The position numbers and the translations under genes are program-made. Shown piece by piece: positions 28,001 to 41,114 of a stretch of DNA of 64,000 nt (position 1 is its first letter; every line of letters starts with the position of its first letter). Source of the stretch: Okamejei kenojei (lineage: Eukaryota); NCBI GenBank assembly GCA_035221665.1, contig CM069154.1, positions 5,518,001 through 5,582,000 of the forward strand. The letters run 5' to 3'. The notes under the pieces are model-generated. The model was not told where the DNA came from. It was given only the letters and a program-made list of their open reading frames with translations, and did not search any database.

Positions 28001-29346
28001 ATTAAAATTAAAATCTATACCGTTAGGTCTTACCATTGCCAACAATTTTACGTTTAAACCTTCAACGATGGATAAGGCTTTTTTACAATGGAAAAATAAA
28101 GGAATTTTAAACATAGGGGATCTTTATAAGGAAAGCTCTTTTCTTTCATTTCAAGAGTTACAACAAACTTATGGACTACATAACAATGAATATTTTAGAT
28201 ATTTACAAATCAGAAACTATATATCTGCAAATACACAAGAACTTAGAAATAGAAAGACTGAAATTTTAGATGAATGCTTGAATAAACATCCAAATACAGA
28301 AAAAATGATATCATATATCTATAATATTTTATTGGAAAGTGATATCCCATCAACGGAAACACATAGACAGATTTGGGAAAATGAATTAGGTCAAATAATA
28401 AGCCCAGAAATATGGGACGAAAGCTTACAACACATACATCATTGCTCGTTAAATGCTAAACATGCTCTTATACAGTTTAAAATTCTACATAGACTACATT
28501 ACTCCAAATCTAAATTACATAATATATTTCCAAAATTATCGCCTATATGTGATAAATGTCAAATCTCAGAAGCAAATTTGTCACATTCATTCACTAATTG
28601 TATAAAGATTGTAGAATATTGGAACGAAATATTTAAGATAATTTCGAATGTTATTAATATTACTATGATTTCTGATCCAAAGTTAATAATACTTGGAATA
28701 CTTGAAACGGACCAACTAATTACAATGAACCAAAGAATTTTTATCGACTATTGTCTAATAATTGGAAAAAATTAATACTAAAATTTTGGAAAGGCCCTGC
28801 ATCCCCAACAATTAAAATGTGGAATACAGAAATGTCGGAGACACTTCACTTGGAGAGATTGAGCTTGTCCTTATGGATAGGTTAGATCTCTTCAGAGGGA
28901 TTTGGTCTCCATATATTAAATATTTACAGGGTCATAACGGTTCGGCGCGAAGACTTGACTGAGGCCTGAATATCTGAATGGATGAAGAAATATATATAAT
29001 AAATCATGAATATAATCTCCAAGGACGGATTAATGAGTAATATTCCAATCTCCATCAAACTTTCAACACTCTCTTTTCTATTTTCTATTTTTTATTTTTC
29101 TATCCTTAATTAGAAAAAAGTATAGAAACACATTATATTAAATTCTTAATATTAGTGCGAATATAGATATCATTAGTTGTATGAAAATATTATTAATGTC
29201 TTGTATTTTTAATTACATAAAATTGTGTAGTTTCAACTATATGAAATGTATGAAAATATTATTAATATTCTTGTATTTTTAATTACATAAAATTGTGTAG
29301 TTTTCAACTATATAATTATTAATATAATAACTATAGTTATATAATA
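25070..29346 (+). mobile_element. L1-clade LINE, 5'-truncated, near-complete frameshifted ORF2 and AT-rich 3' UTR
   Basis: APE motifs SWNVKG, IQETH, NIYGPN, GGDFN, SDH. RT motifs KTPGPDG, LDAEKAFD, YADD (about 27262). C-terminal CDKC...HSFTNC zinc knuckle. Confidence 0.95.
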
Positions 29347-30120
29347 ACTATAGAGTCCCCTATTACTGCTGCCCTCCTCTTCTTTTCCTTACCGTTCTGG
29401 AGCAACAGGGCCGGTCTTTGTACCGGAGGCCCGGTCACTGTTGCTACCCCCAGGTAGGCTGTGCCCCCCAACAGTACTCAAACAGGAGTACTTATTGCCA
29501 AGGTGTACAGCCACCGGGGTACTCTCTAGTCCCTGCCTCTGCCCCTTGCCTCTCCTAACCGTGACCCACTTTTCTGCCTCCTGTGGTTTTGGAGTGACCA
29601 CCTGTCTGTAGCTCCTCTCTATGGCTTCCTCACTCTCCCTGACCAGACGGAGGTCATCGAGCTGCTGCTCCAGGTACCGAATACGGTCCATTTGGAGCGC
29701 CATCTTGAAGCACATGGCGCAGGTGTGGACTTCTGGAGAGCTCTCTGACTGCATGACCTCCCACATCTGACATCCAGAACAGTAAACTGCCCTGGCACTC
29801 ATCCTCCCCCTTACCCTGGCTACAATACAATACAATGTACAATACAATACAGTACAAAGCAAGGATTATAGCTGGAGGAAATCTGCAGGGATCTGACTGC
29901 CGATCAGCTGTTCCCTCGAGTCGTCTTCCACCAATCCCACTTGTTTTGAACTGCGAGCTGCGAATGGAACGTTACTGATTTGGATTCCTCCCACTGCAAC
30001 CGCTCCTGGGCCTCTGTGAAAACAGGCCCCGCGAACGAGTTTTTAAACTTACAGGTCGGACGTCGCTCCTCCCACTGCAACCGCTCCTGGGCCTCTGTGA
30101 CTAAATTTCGTTCCAACTTG
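29347..30120 (-). mobile_element. CR1 LINE ORF1 and 5' region (same orientation as 23265-25068)
   Basis: Zn-finger CSGC...CAMC, coiled coil, WVTV motif, then AVIGDSIV at the start of the esterase domain. A direct repeat of about 35 bp at about 29986 and 30068. Confidence 0.85.
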
Positions 30121-30492
30121 CATTTGTTGGTGTATTTTTGAATGACAATAAAGTCTTTGATTGAAAATCATATTGAATGGCAGTGCTGACTCGAAGGGTC
30201 GAATTGCCTACTCCTGCGCCTATTTTCTATGTTTATATGTTTCTATGAATCATCACCTATCCACTTTCTCCAGAGATAGTTCCTGACCAATTGAGTTACT
30301 CCAGCACTTTGGGTCCTTTCGTGTATTAACCAGCATCTGCAGTTCCTTGTTTCTACTAGTTCAATGGGGAAGTGGGTTGTAGTGAGATTGAACACAGGGT
30401 GGGTCAGAGTGAGAGACACGTTGGCTTCCTGTCACATGACCACCACTCAGGTCAAGCCACACCCACAGGGAAGGAGGATCTGGGCGCCAGGT

Positions 30493-31607
30493 AGAAACAT
30501 AGAAAATATGTGCAGGAGTAGGCCATTCGGCCCTTCGAGCCTGCACCGCCATTCAATATGATCATGGCTGATCATCCAACTCAGTATCCTGTACCTGCCT
30601 TCTCTCCATATTCCCTGATCCCTTTAGCCACAAGGGCCACATCTAAATCCCTCTTAAATATAGCCAATGAACTGGCCTCAACTACCTTCCGTGGCAGAGA
30701 ATTCCAGAGACTCACCACTCTCTGTGTGAAAAATGTTTTCCTCATCTCGTTCCTAAAGGAATTCCCCCTGATCCTTAGCCTGTGACCCCTTGTTCTGGAC
30801 CTCCCCAACATCGGGAACACTCTTCCTGCATCTAGCCTATCCAACCCCTTAAGAATTTTGTAAGTTTCTATAAGATCCCCCCTAGTCTTCTAAATTCTAG
30901 CGAGTACAAGCCAAGTCTATCCAGTCTTTCCTCATATGAAAGTCCCGACATCCCAGGAATCAGTCTGGTGAATCTTCTCTGTACCCCTCTATGGCAAGAA
31001 TGTCTTTCCTCAGATTTAGACTGTACGCAATACTCCAGGTGTGGTCTCACCAAAACCCTGTACAACTGCAGTAGAACCTCCCTGCTCCTATACTCAAATC
31101 CTTTTGCTATGAATGCTAACATACCATTTGCTTTCTTCACTGCATGCTGCACCTGCATGCCTACTTTCAATGATTGGTGTACCATGACACCCAGGTCTCG
31201 TTGCATCTCCCCTTTTCCTAGTTTGCCACCATTCAGATAATAGTCTACCCTCCTGTTTTTGCCACCAAAGTAGATAACCTCACCTTTATCCACATTATAC
31301 TGCATCTGCCATGCATTTGCCCACTCACCCAGCCTATCTAAGTCACCATGCAGCCTCCAGCATCCTCCTCACACCTAACACTACCCCCCAGCTTAGTGTC
31401 ATCTGCAAACTTGGAGATGCTGCATTCAATTCCCTCGACCAAATCATTAATATATGTTGTAAATAGCTGGGGTCCCAGCACTGAGCCTTGTGGTACCCCA
31501 CTAGTCACTGCCTGCCATTCTGAAAAAGACCCGTTTACTCCTACTCTTTGCTTCCTGTCTGCCAGCCAGTCCTCTATCCACATCAATACTGAACCCCCAA
31601 TACCGTG
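30493..31607 (-). mobile_element. CR1 LINE RT/3' fragment
   Basis: [24 protein letters not shown] and RTRGH motifs. 3' tail at 30493. Confidence 0.95.
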
Positions 31608-32008
31608 TAGATTCAGAAGACGTTCTGCTTTCACTGGAACTCGGGGAACAATCCCGGTGAAGTGGGAATTAACACCAGCGGGAAAAGCATTAAAGTGCAA
31701 CAGGATCTATGCAAAAGAAGAGAGACACAAAATGCTGGAGTAACTCATCGGGACGGGCAGCATCTCTGGAGAAGGAATGGGTGAGGAAACATCACCCATC
31801 AGTTTCTCCAGAGATGCTGCCTGTCCCGCTGAGTTACTCCAGCTCTTTGTGTCTATCTTTGGTGTAAACACCTGCAGTTCCTTGCTACACATGATCTATG
31901 CAAAACCATGAACCTGTCTGAACAGCACAAATGACATGTTTTTTATTGTTAAACCTCAGCTTGTGTTGCTGCAGTGTGAGTGATCTTTCATCATTAATGT
32001 GCCAACAG

Positions 32009-32329
32009 GGTCAAGGGGAATAACTGGACCCAAGGAGGTGAGGGGAGAGTTGGGGCAGTCGGTCACTGTGGGATGTCACTATGGTCAGGAATACAGTGAC
32101 TACAGGAAGCTATGGAGTAAAGGTTATTATTACCGGTTATCTTCTACCGTGGTTTCTACTGATCTCCCACGACGAGGGAGAACATCGATGACTGATAACA
32201 AAACACAACGGATAGTTTCAGTAACCATCGACAACCTGGAGAAGAGTGATGAAGGACACTACTGGTGTGTCATATGCATACGATGGAACTTCCATGAAAG
32301 GACCTTCATCTCATTGAAGGTTTCTGAAG
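32009..32329 (+). CDS. Gene A exon 2: Ig V-set domain, CD300/CMRF35/pIgR-like
   Basis: Acceptor CAACAG|, donor G|GTACGT, phase 1-1. Reads ITGPKEVRGELGQSVTVGCHY...KLWSK...GRTSMTDNKTQRIVSVTIDNLEKSDEGHYWC...LKVSE, with the B/F-strand Cys, C-strand Trp and DxGxYWC motif. Confidence 0.9.
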
Positions 32330-33653
32330 GTACGTTGACGATCTCTCTTCACCCTCCCAGATGTGAAAATTCCCGCCTGGGAATTCCGGCCTCGGACCTT
32401 ACAGTGACTCGGTGCCACATCCCCGGGGGTCGGGGTGAGGGGGGGGGGGTGGATACCTCATTTACTGGGGTCCCGGCCCATGGGGCCACACGAAGGGCCC
32501 ACTGTCCCAGGAGGAGTATAGGGGGGGTGGGGAGGGGGAGGACTGTCAGACACCAGCCCCACGGAAGGTCCCAGCTACCGGCGGTTCTGCTGCTGAGGCT
32601 CATTTCCCCAAAGACAATTGATCCGGGACCAGAACCTGCAATTCCTTGTGTCTCACTAACTTTGGTGATCCATGAGCTCAGTTTATTATTGTCGTCTGTA
32701 GTGAGGTGACAACAATAATGGATACTTTCAAGAAAGAGCGAGATAGGGCTCTAAACGATAGCGGAGTCAGGGGATATGGGTAGAAGGCAGGAACGGGGTA
32801 CTGATTGTGGCTGATCAGCCATGATCACATTGAATGGTGGTGCTGGCTCGAAGGACCGAATGGCCTAATCCTGCGCCTATTGTTTATTGCCTGTTGAGGC
32901 ACAGGAAAAAGCTTTTACCATGTTTCCAATGAGGCCCAAGTCATTGGGTATTTTTAAGGTGGAGATTGACAATTTCTCGATTAGTTCGGGTGTCTTGCAA
33001 TATGGGGAGAAAGCAGGAGAATGGGGTTTAGAGATAGATCACCCATGATTGAAAGGCGGAGTAGACTCAATGGGCCGAATGGCCTCATTCTGCCCCTATC
33101 ACTTATGAACTTATTAACGAAGAATCCTCATGAGATGCGTGATATAGACTTTACACTGAGCCACACAAACTGTACAAGATGAGATACTCAACAGGTCTCA
33201 ACAGGAGAGAGAACGAGAGTTAATGTTTCAGGTAGATACCTCCAACCAAATTGCATTATTTCCAATTCGGTCCGCGTAATGAAAATAGTCCATGGATCCT
33301 CCCGCTCCCAAGTTCTTCTACAACGTAGAAGACATGGGCCTAACTCTAGCAGCAGGAAGATAACACAGCCTGTGGGACTCTGAAGGGCATGAAAGAAGTC
33401 TCTGAATGCTTGCGACCATCCTGTGGCATCTTATGGGTGAGCCTCCTGTCTAGATCAAGAGGCTTGGTCCATCTATGGTGGCCTCAGAAGGATCCTTGCT
33501 CAAATTTCTGGATTGGGATTTGAACCCAGGAATCTCCCCACACAGAGCAAGAGCGCTCCCAACTGAAGCATCTCTCCCATCTCACTAAAGTGGAACAGAA
33601 CGTGGTTTCAGACATTTAATGTTCAAAAACTTCATTCACTTTATCTCCACAAG

Positions 33654-33738
33654 GGACTCAAACAAGCCACCCAGATATGGTCATCACCACCGAGGCAGCA
33701 AGTTCCACTGAGTCTCCTGGTTCAATACTTCTAAACAG
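33654..33738 (+). CDS. Gene A exon 3: Ser/Thr-rich stalk
   Basis: TTATCTCCACAAG| acceptor, AG|GTTAGT donor, phase 1-2. Reads GTQTSHPDMVITTEAASSTESPGSILLNR. Confidence 0.8.
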
Positions 33739-33784
33739 GTTAGTAACTCGAAGAGCTAACACAGCCTTACCTGAGCACAAATTA

Positions 33785-34082
33785 GTTAAGTTCAGTTCAG
33801 CTCAGTTTAAAGATACAGCGTGGAAATGGGTCCTTTGGCCCGCCGAGTCTGCTCTGAGCAGCGATCACCCCATACACCAGTTCTGTTCTACACACTGGGG
33901 CAATTTACAGAAGCCAATTAGCCTACAAACCCACACGTCTTTGGAATGTGGGAGGAAACCGGAGAACCTGGAAAAACTCTTGCAATCACAGGGAGAACGT
34001 ACAAACTCTGTACAGACAGCACCGGTAGTCAGGATCGAACCCGGGTCTCCTGCGCTGTGAGGCAGCAACTCGACCACTGCTC
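33785..34082 (-). mobile_element. tRNA-derived SINE in gene A intron 3 (matching copy at 61094-61405 in gene C)
   Basis: Family body and B-box. Same position in the inverted duplicate. Confidence 0.8.
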
Positions 34083-34345
34083 CAACCCTAAATGGTCAGC
34101 ATGGTCTCAATGGGCCAAAGGGCCTGTTGTCATATGGGCCAATGTCATATCTCTAAACTGTAAACTACCTTATAGTTCCTTACATACCAATAGAATTATT
34201 CATAATGTTCTAGAATTTAACCTGCACTGCATTCAAGTCTAGTCCCACAATTTTACTTTCCGGATCGAAACACATGGTTTGTTACTGGCGAGGGAATCAG
34301 TCCTATTACCATGAGCTCGTCATTGTTTTTCCTTGTATTTTGCAG

Positions 34346-34461
34346 GGAGGCAGATATATTTCCGTGGCAGGTTGTTCTTCCGATTGCCTTGACAATTGTC
34401 TTCCTTCTGTTCCTCGCTGCCATTATCCTATGTGTAAAAACAAGGCAGAAGAAGAAAACTG
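34346..34461 (+). CDS. Gene A exon 4: transmembrane segment
   Basis: TATTTTGCAG| acceptor, G|GTAAGT donor, phase 2-1. Reads EADIFPWQVVLPIALTIVFLLFLAAIILCVKTRQKKKT: an uncharged TM followed by a basic stop-transfer stretch. Confidence 0.9.
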
Positions 34462-35875
34462 GTAAGTTGCGTTGAATGTACGTAAATATCAAGGGGCACT
34501 CTTGTTGATTAACGCAGATTTGGCACTTCTCTCTGAGGTGCCTTTCATTAACTCAGACCATTCACCTAGCATATAACAGCAGGGAAAGACACCAAGTGCT
34601 GGAGTAACTCAGCGGGTCAGGCAGCATCAGGGCGGCACAGTGGCAAAGTGGGAGAGTTGCTGCCTTACAACGCCAGAAACCCGGGTTCGATCCTGACTAT
34701 GGGTGTTGTCTGTATGGAGTTTGTACGTTTTCCCTGTGAGCGCGTGGGTTTACACCAGAGAGACAGGCCCTTTGGCCCAACTCGTCCTTACTGACGCCCA
34801 AGGTGCTTCCCTACGCTCGTCCCACTTACCTCTGCTTGTCCCACATCACTCTTAAAGATTTCTTCTCCATGTATCTCTCCAAATATCTTTTAAACACTGG
34901 AAATGGACTGCCCATTACAACTTCCTCTGTCGGTTTGATCCGTGTGATGAGAGTGGTCAAATCTGGGTGAATTGACAGGAAGATGGGGCGAAATAAATGG
35001 GATTGTGGAGATGAATGGAAATGGATGTTTGATGGGCCAGCATGAGCTCAAAGGGCCAAAGGGCCTGCTTCCATACTGATGGTTCTGTGAAAACCATCTG
35101 GTTAGAAGCTGCAATAATATGCAGAAGTGTGTCAGTCTTATCCAGATTGAACAAGAATATTTGTATCTGCAAATGGTACAGAGGAAGTGATGGCCACAGG
35201 AAGCCAGGAGACGATTGAGATCTTTCAGAAGCAGAAGGAGACAAACATATTTCCCAACAGGTTCAGACATCGACGTCCTGTTATTTAGCTTAGTGATGAC
35301 ACGTGAACCCACTGAATCTCCATGCAGTGAAATTATCCGGAAATGTTAAAGCCGTTTTAAAGTAGAACCCTTGGAAATGTCCAGGAGCGGTGGATGTAAG
35401 ATCTGCAGGAGGAAGGCAGGAGTGATGACTGATAACAACTTTACTGAATTCATCAAGTCATAGAACTACACAGCACTGGCCATGCACTGAAGTTTAAATG
35501 TGTTCTGCTCCTTTCTGTTCACAATCTAATGCTTCATTTGAAACAAGGCTCAGCTCTTTTCTAAATGCCTACATTAGTATTTGGTTTAGTTTAAGAAAGA
35601 ACTGCAGATGCTGAAAAAAATCGAAGGTAGACAAAAATGCTGGAGGAAGTCAGTGGATGAGGCAGCATCTATGGGGAGAAGGAATAGATGATGGTTTATG
35701 TCGAGACCCTTGCAAGGGTCTGTGGAACTCTCTGCCTCAGAGGGCGGTGGAGGCAGTTTCTCTGGATGCTTTCAAGAGAGAGCTAGATGGGGCTCTTAAA
35801 AATAGTGGAGTCTGGGGATATGGGGAGAAGGCAGGAAGGGGGTACTGATTGGGGATGATCAGCCATGATCACATT

Positions 35876-38800
35876 TTTATCTTTATCTTTATCTTTAATT
35901 CGAACGATTAAAAAAAGAGAAGAAAAGAAAAGTAGAAAATNNNNNNNNNNNNNNNNNNNNNNNNNNNNNNNNNNNNNNNNNNNNNNNNNNNNNNNNNNNN
36001 NNNNNNNNNNNNNNNNNNNNNNNNNNNNNNNNNNNNNNNNNNNNNNNNNNNNNNNNNNNNNNNNNNNNNNNNNACATAAATTAAAAAATCAAAAGCCAAT
36101 TTCAACATAATACACATTAGACTCGTTCGAAAAGGGATAGGAAGAAGCCTATGCTTGTCAAGTCCTACCCCCATTCTTCACCATTAACAAATGCAAAATT
36201 CAATAAAATAAAATAAACAGACAATTCAAATAAAACTACTCCAATCAAGCTATTAATAAAAAAAAAAAATTTTAAAAGAACAAAAGAACAAGCACCATTA
36301 ACATCTGTGGGATTTACATTCTCCTCATTACTGTACTTTTCAAGGATATATCTTTTGTCCATTTTTTAAAATTGCATTATATTCATACTTTGTTTAATTG
36401 TTTCGTCAAGACCATTCCACAAAACCACCCCATAAATGGAAATACACATACTTGTTAAATAGGTCCAAGCATAATGCTGTTTCAAGTTTAGTTTCCCTCT
36501 AAAGTTATAACCCCCCTCTCTGTCTTTGAACAGTTTTTTGTATGTTTACAGATAGCATTTTATTTTTTGCTTTATAAATTATTTGTGCAGTCATAAATTC
36601 TACCAGATCCTTAATCTTTAAGGTGTGTAATTTTAAATACAGTATATTGGTGTGGTCATGATATCCTACATTGTTTACTATACAAATAGCTCTTTTTTGT
36701 AGTGTGCTTAGTGACTGTAAGGTGGTTTTGTCGGTGTTGCCCCATACATCCACACCGTAATCTAAATACGGTAACACAAGTGAGCTGTACAGAATATACA
36801 GTGCTCTCTCATTCAAAACATGCCTTGCTCTCCCCATCACTCCAATACTCTGTGCTACTTTTGCTCTCACATGTTTTATATCGGGTTTCCAGCAGATTTT
36901 CTGATCAAGAATCACACCCAGAAATTTATTTTCATACACTCTTTCTATTTCAACATTATTTATCATTACTTTTACTTGTGTATTTATTTTGCGTTTTCCA
37001 AACAGCATAAGTTTGGTTTTGTTTAAATTTAATGATAATTTATTCAAATCAAACCATGTTTTTAGTTTACTCATTTCTGCTGTGACCACCTCCAAAAGCT
37101 GCTGCAAATTGTCCCCATCACAGAAAATATTAGTGTCATCTGCAAATAACACAAATTTCAAGAGGTTTGACACCCTACATATATCATTAATATACAAAAT
37201 AAATAATTTGGGGCCCAAAACCAACCCCCGTGGGACTCCACAAGTTATTTCTAAGCATGTTGATTTGCAGTCCCCTAGTTGCACAGACTGATGTCTTTTA
37301 CTTATGTAGCTTCTCATCCACTCTAGTACAACCCCTCTGATTCCATACTTTTCCAGTTTTTTGATTAGCAAATGATGATCAATTGTATCAAATGCTTTTT
37401 TCAAATCTATAAATACACCCACTGCATATTTCTTGTTATCTATAGAACTGGTAATGTCTTCAATTAACTCCATTAATGCCATGGATGTCGATCTGTTTGA
37501 CCTGAATCAATCCATATTGACTATCAACTAGCAATTCGTGCTTCCCGATAAAATTATCTAATCTACTTACATACAGTTTTTCTAATATTTTTGAGAAACT
37601 GAGAGAGTACCGACACCGGCCTGTAATTTGTAAATTAGTTTCTGTCTCCAGCTTTGTATAGTGGGATGACTTTGGCAGTTTTCATTTTACATGGAAATAC
37701 ACCAGTTTTGAAAGATAAATTGCAAATATAAGTTAAGGGTTTTACAATTACACCAATGACTACCTTGATTAAAGCCATATCAATGTCATTCCAGTCTGTA
37801 GACCTTTTATTCTTACAATTACTAACAATGTCAATAATCTCCTTTTCATCAGCTGCTTTCAAAAACATTGAGTTTGGGTTGTTGTCTAACAAATCCACAA
37901 CCTTCCCCTCTCCTTCTTCTGACTGTGGATTATCGATTTCTTCTGCCAGTTTTTGGTCCTACACTTACAAAAAATTTGTTAAACCCATTAACCACATCAT
38001 TCATATCGCTTACAGTTGTATCATTGTCTTTAAAATATTTGAGGGTAGTTTATATTCATTGATCCATTCCTGATAATATTATTTAACACATTCCATATGC
38101 CCTTGATATTATTTATTATCGTATAATATTTTATTATAATAATCTTTCTTACATATCCTCATAATACTAGTCAATTTGTTTTTGTATCTTTTGTATTTAC
38201 TTTCTGCTTCTATAGTTCTGAATTTTATGAATTCTTTATACAAGATATTCTTTTTTTTGCGTGCATTTTGCAGTCCTTTTGTCATCCATGGCCTATCTAT
38301 ATATTTTTGCTTCTTGTGTTGTTTCAAAGGACAGTGTTCATCATATAATGATTTAAATATTATCAGGAATGTTTCATACGCTGTGTTGGTATCAGTCTCT
38401 TTAAACACTTGTTTCCAATTTTGGGTCAGTAATACATTTCTAAATTTATTTATAGATTCTTCTGTTCTTACTCTCCTGTATCTAATCTTAGTAACATGCT
38501 TACACTTAACATAATCACAAACAAACATTGCTAAAACCGGCAGATGGTCACTGATGTCATTTAGTAGTAACCCACTCTTTATGCTGTTGTCCATACTGTT
38601 TGTAAATATGTTGTCTATTAGAGTTGCACAGTGAGACGTTATTCTACTTGGTTTGGTGATAAGTGGAAAAAAACTCATACTGAACAATACATCGATAAAT
38701 TCATCAGTCTGTTTGTGCTTGTTGGGATTTAAGAGATCTAAATTAAAATCCCCACAAATGAACACAACTCTGTGATCTTTCTTGGCAAACAATCTTTCCA

Positions 38801-39825
38801 TATTATTCTTGAATATTTCATTATTGGAACCAGGTGCTCTGTATGCACAACTTACAATTATATTTATCTTTTTTTCCAGGTAGATTTCTACAGTAATAAT
38901 CTCCATCACATCATCAATATTAGTTGTCATATTTTCCACTAATTTATAATTTAATCTTTTATCTACATACAAAGCCAACCCTCCTCCTTTTTATTTTTCA
39001 TATTTATGTAATTCAGTTCATATCCATTTAACTCAAAATCCACACCCTTTTCAGTACTAAGCCAGGTCTCAGATGTGGCTATCACATTCAATGGTTTGTT
39101 CAGATGACTTAAGTCATCTTTGATGTTGTGAAAATTTGCATATAAACTTCTGCTATTGAAATGAATTATTGACATTCCATGATCTGATTTTATGCTCATG
39201 TTGAATTGATCTTCAGAGTAATAACAGCAGTTATTATATTGTTAAGAAAATTATTTTCAGGGTCAATATCTTGTTCAAAATCATGCATATTATGATCAGT
39301 GAATTTAATTGATTTAAAGTTCCAACCATCACAGTCATCATTGTCCCTTTCATTTCCAGCTGTTGTCAAGTTTAAACAGTCAAGCCCTTCACAAGAGCCC
39401 ATGGTCATAATAGTTCAAGTCAATCACACTGATAGACACAGTCACTGTTCTGGAGTCAATGGTACTTGTCCAGCTCCTCGATGTATCTTATGGTCAGCAC
39501 TTTAGCCTCCTCTGGTGACCCGTTTAGCTTTATGAACACCTTACAGTTTGTTGTCCAGGTTGACTGGATTTTTTTCTGCTTCCTTAGGATGCGTGCGCTT
39601 CTGGCTATATCTGCATTTTTTTTTGTAAGGTGCTCATTCACATAAACATCAGATCCCTTGTCTGAGCAATGCATTTTTGTGTTTTCTGTTCATAAAACGA
39701 ATTATTATGGCTGGTTTGACACTTTGGTTTTTTCGAGGTAAAGGATGACATGCTTCAATATCTGTGTTGGATATGGATAAGCCTTTGCTATGAAAGAAAG
39801 CAGTTACCTGGTGCTCCACGGAGTC
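35876..39825 (-). mobile_element. Crack/Daphne-like (L2/CR1 group) LINE, near-complete ORF2 plus partial ORF1
   Basis: ORF1 IEACHPLP...VYVNEHLT. APE HFNSRSL, SETWL, GDFN, IDNIF, SDHLP. RT DLKKAFD, GVPRG, FADD. (GATAAA)n tail. Splits a CR1 3' UTR with CATT duplicated (35872-35875, 39826-39829). Exact clade uncertain. Confidence 0.85.
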
Positions 39826-41114
39826 CATTGAATGGCGGTGCTGGCTCGAAGGGCCAAATGGCCTACTCCTGCACCTATTGTCCATTGTCTATTGTCTATT
39901 GACCCGAAACGTCACCTACTCCTTCTCTCCCTAGATGCTGCCTCACCCGCTGAGTTCTTCCAGCATTTTTGTCTACCTTTGGTTTAGTTTAGTTTAGTTT
40001 ACAGATACATCGTGAAAACTTCTGCCAACGAGTCCATACCGACCATCAATTATCCGCACACTAGTCGTAGAGTCATAGAGTCATACAGCATGGAAACAGG
40101 CCCTTCGGCCCAACTGATGCACACCGACCAACATGCTCCATCTACACTCGTCCCACCTGCCTACATTTGCCCGTATCCCTCCAAACCTGTCCTATCCATG
40201 TACCTGCCTTAATGTTTCTTAAACGTTGTGATAGAATTGAAGACTGTGCAGTGTTACAATTTCTGAACACATTTGTTTCGCTTAGTTGGTAGATGGAGCA
40301 TGGAAACAGGCCCTTCAACCCACCAGGTCCACGCCGAACATTGATCATCCATTCACACTAGTTCTACATTATCCCACTTTCTCATCCATGCCCTGCACCC
40401 TGGGGGCAATCAACAGATTTGCAGCAGTTCAAGAATGTGGTTCACCAGCATCTTTGCATGGTTTTTGTTGCATTGACCACTTTTGAGGTCGCTCCCTGTT
40501 TTGTCAGTTCCATTTTCATGGCCAAAGTGTTACAACGCAGGCCAGGCATGGTGACTATTCTCATCATCGGCATGGCCTCTTGCTCACTGTGTCCAAGCAA
40601 CACGAGAGATTTTGCTAATTTTAGTCTCAAATGAAAAGGAAGTGTAGGTAAGGTTTGGGAATCTGAAACCAGACAGGGCCTTTGACGAATAGAAAGAAAG
40701 CAGCAGAGAACTTAAGCAGAGAATCAGGAGGGCTACAAGGGGCCATCAAATGTCCTTCACGAAAACAGACACAAACATTGTTCCTAGTGTGTAGGATAGT
40801 GCCAGTGTATGGGGTGATCGCTGGTCGGTGTGGACTCGGTGTATCTCTAAGTCTAAAGATGTAATCAAAGCATCTAATCCCCTTCCTTATGGAAGCACCA
40901 AGTACCCTACACTAGTTCTATTCTACACACTAGGAAGCCGTTTAATGCACAAACCTACACATCCTTGGAATGTGATGGGAAACCGGAGCACCCACGTGGT
41001 CACGGGGAGAATGTACCGACTCTGTACAGACAGCATCCATAGTGAGGATCGAACCCGGGACTCTGGCGCTGTGAGGCAGCAACTCTACCGCTGTGCCACC
41101 GTGCCGTCCATTAA

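Noticed and set aside
30364-30490. ATG-initiated ORF as an alternative leader exon
   Set aside because: No hydrophobic signal core, and the apparent donor GTAGAA is the junction with a CR1 tail.
32330-32709. C-terminal 126 aa of the 236-aa ORF as coding (e.g. a secreted isoform)
   Set aside because: Read-through past a good GTACGT donor into GC-rich intron sequence. Not protein-like.
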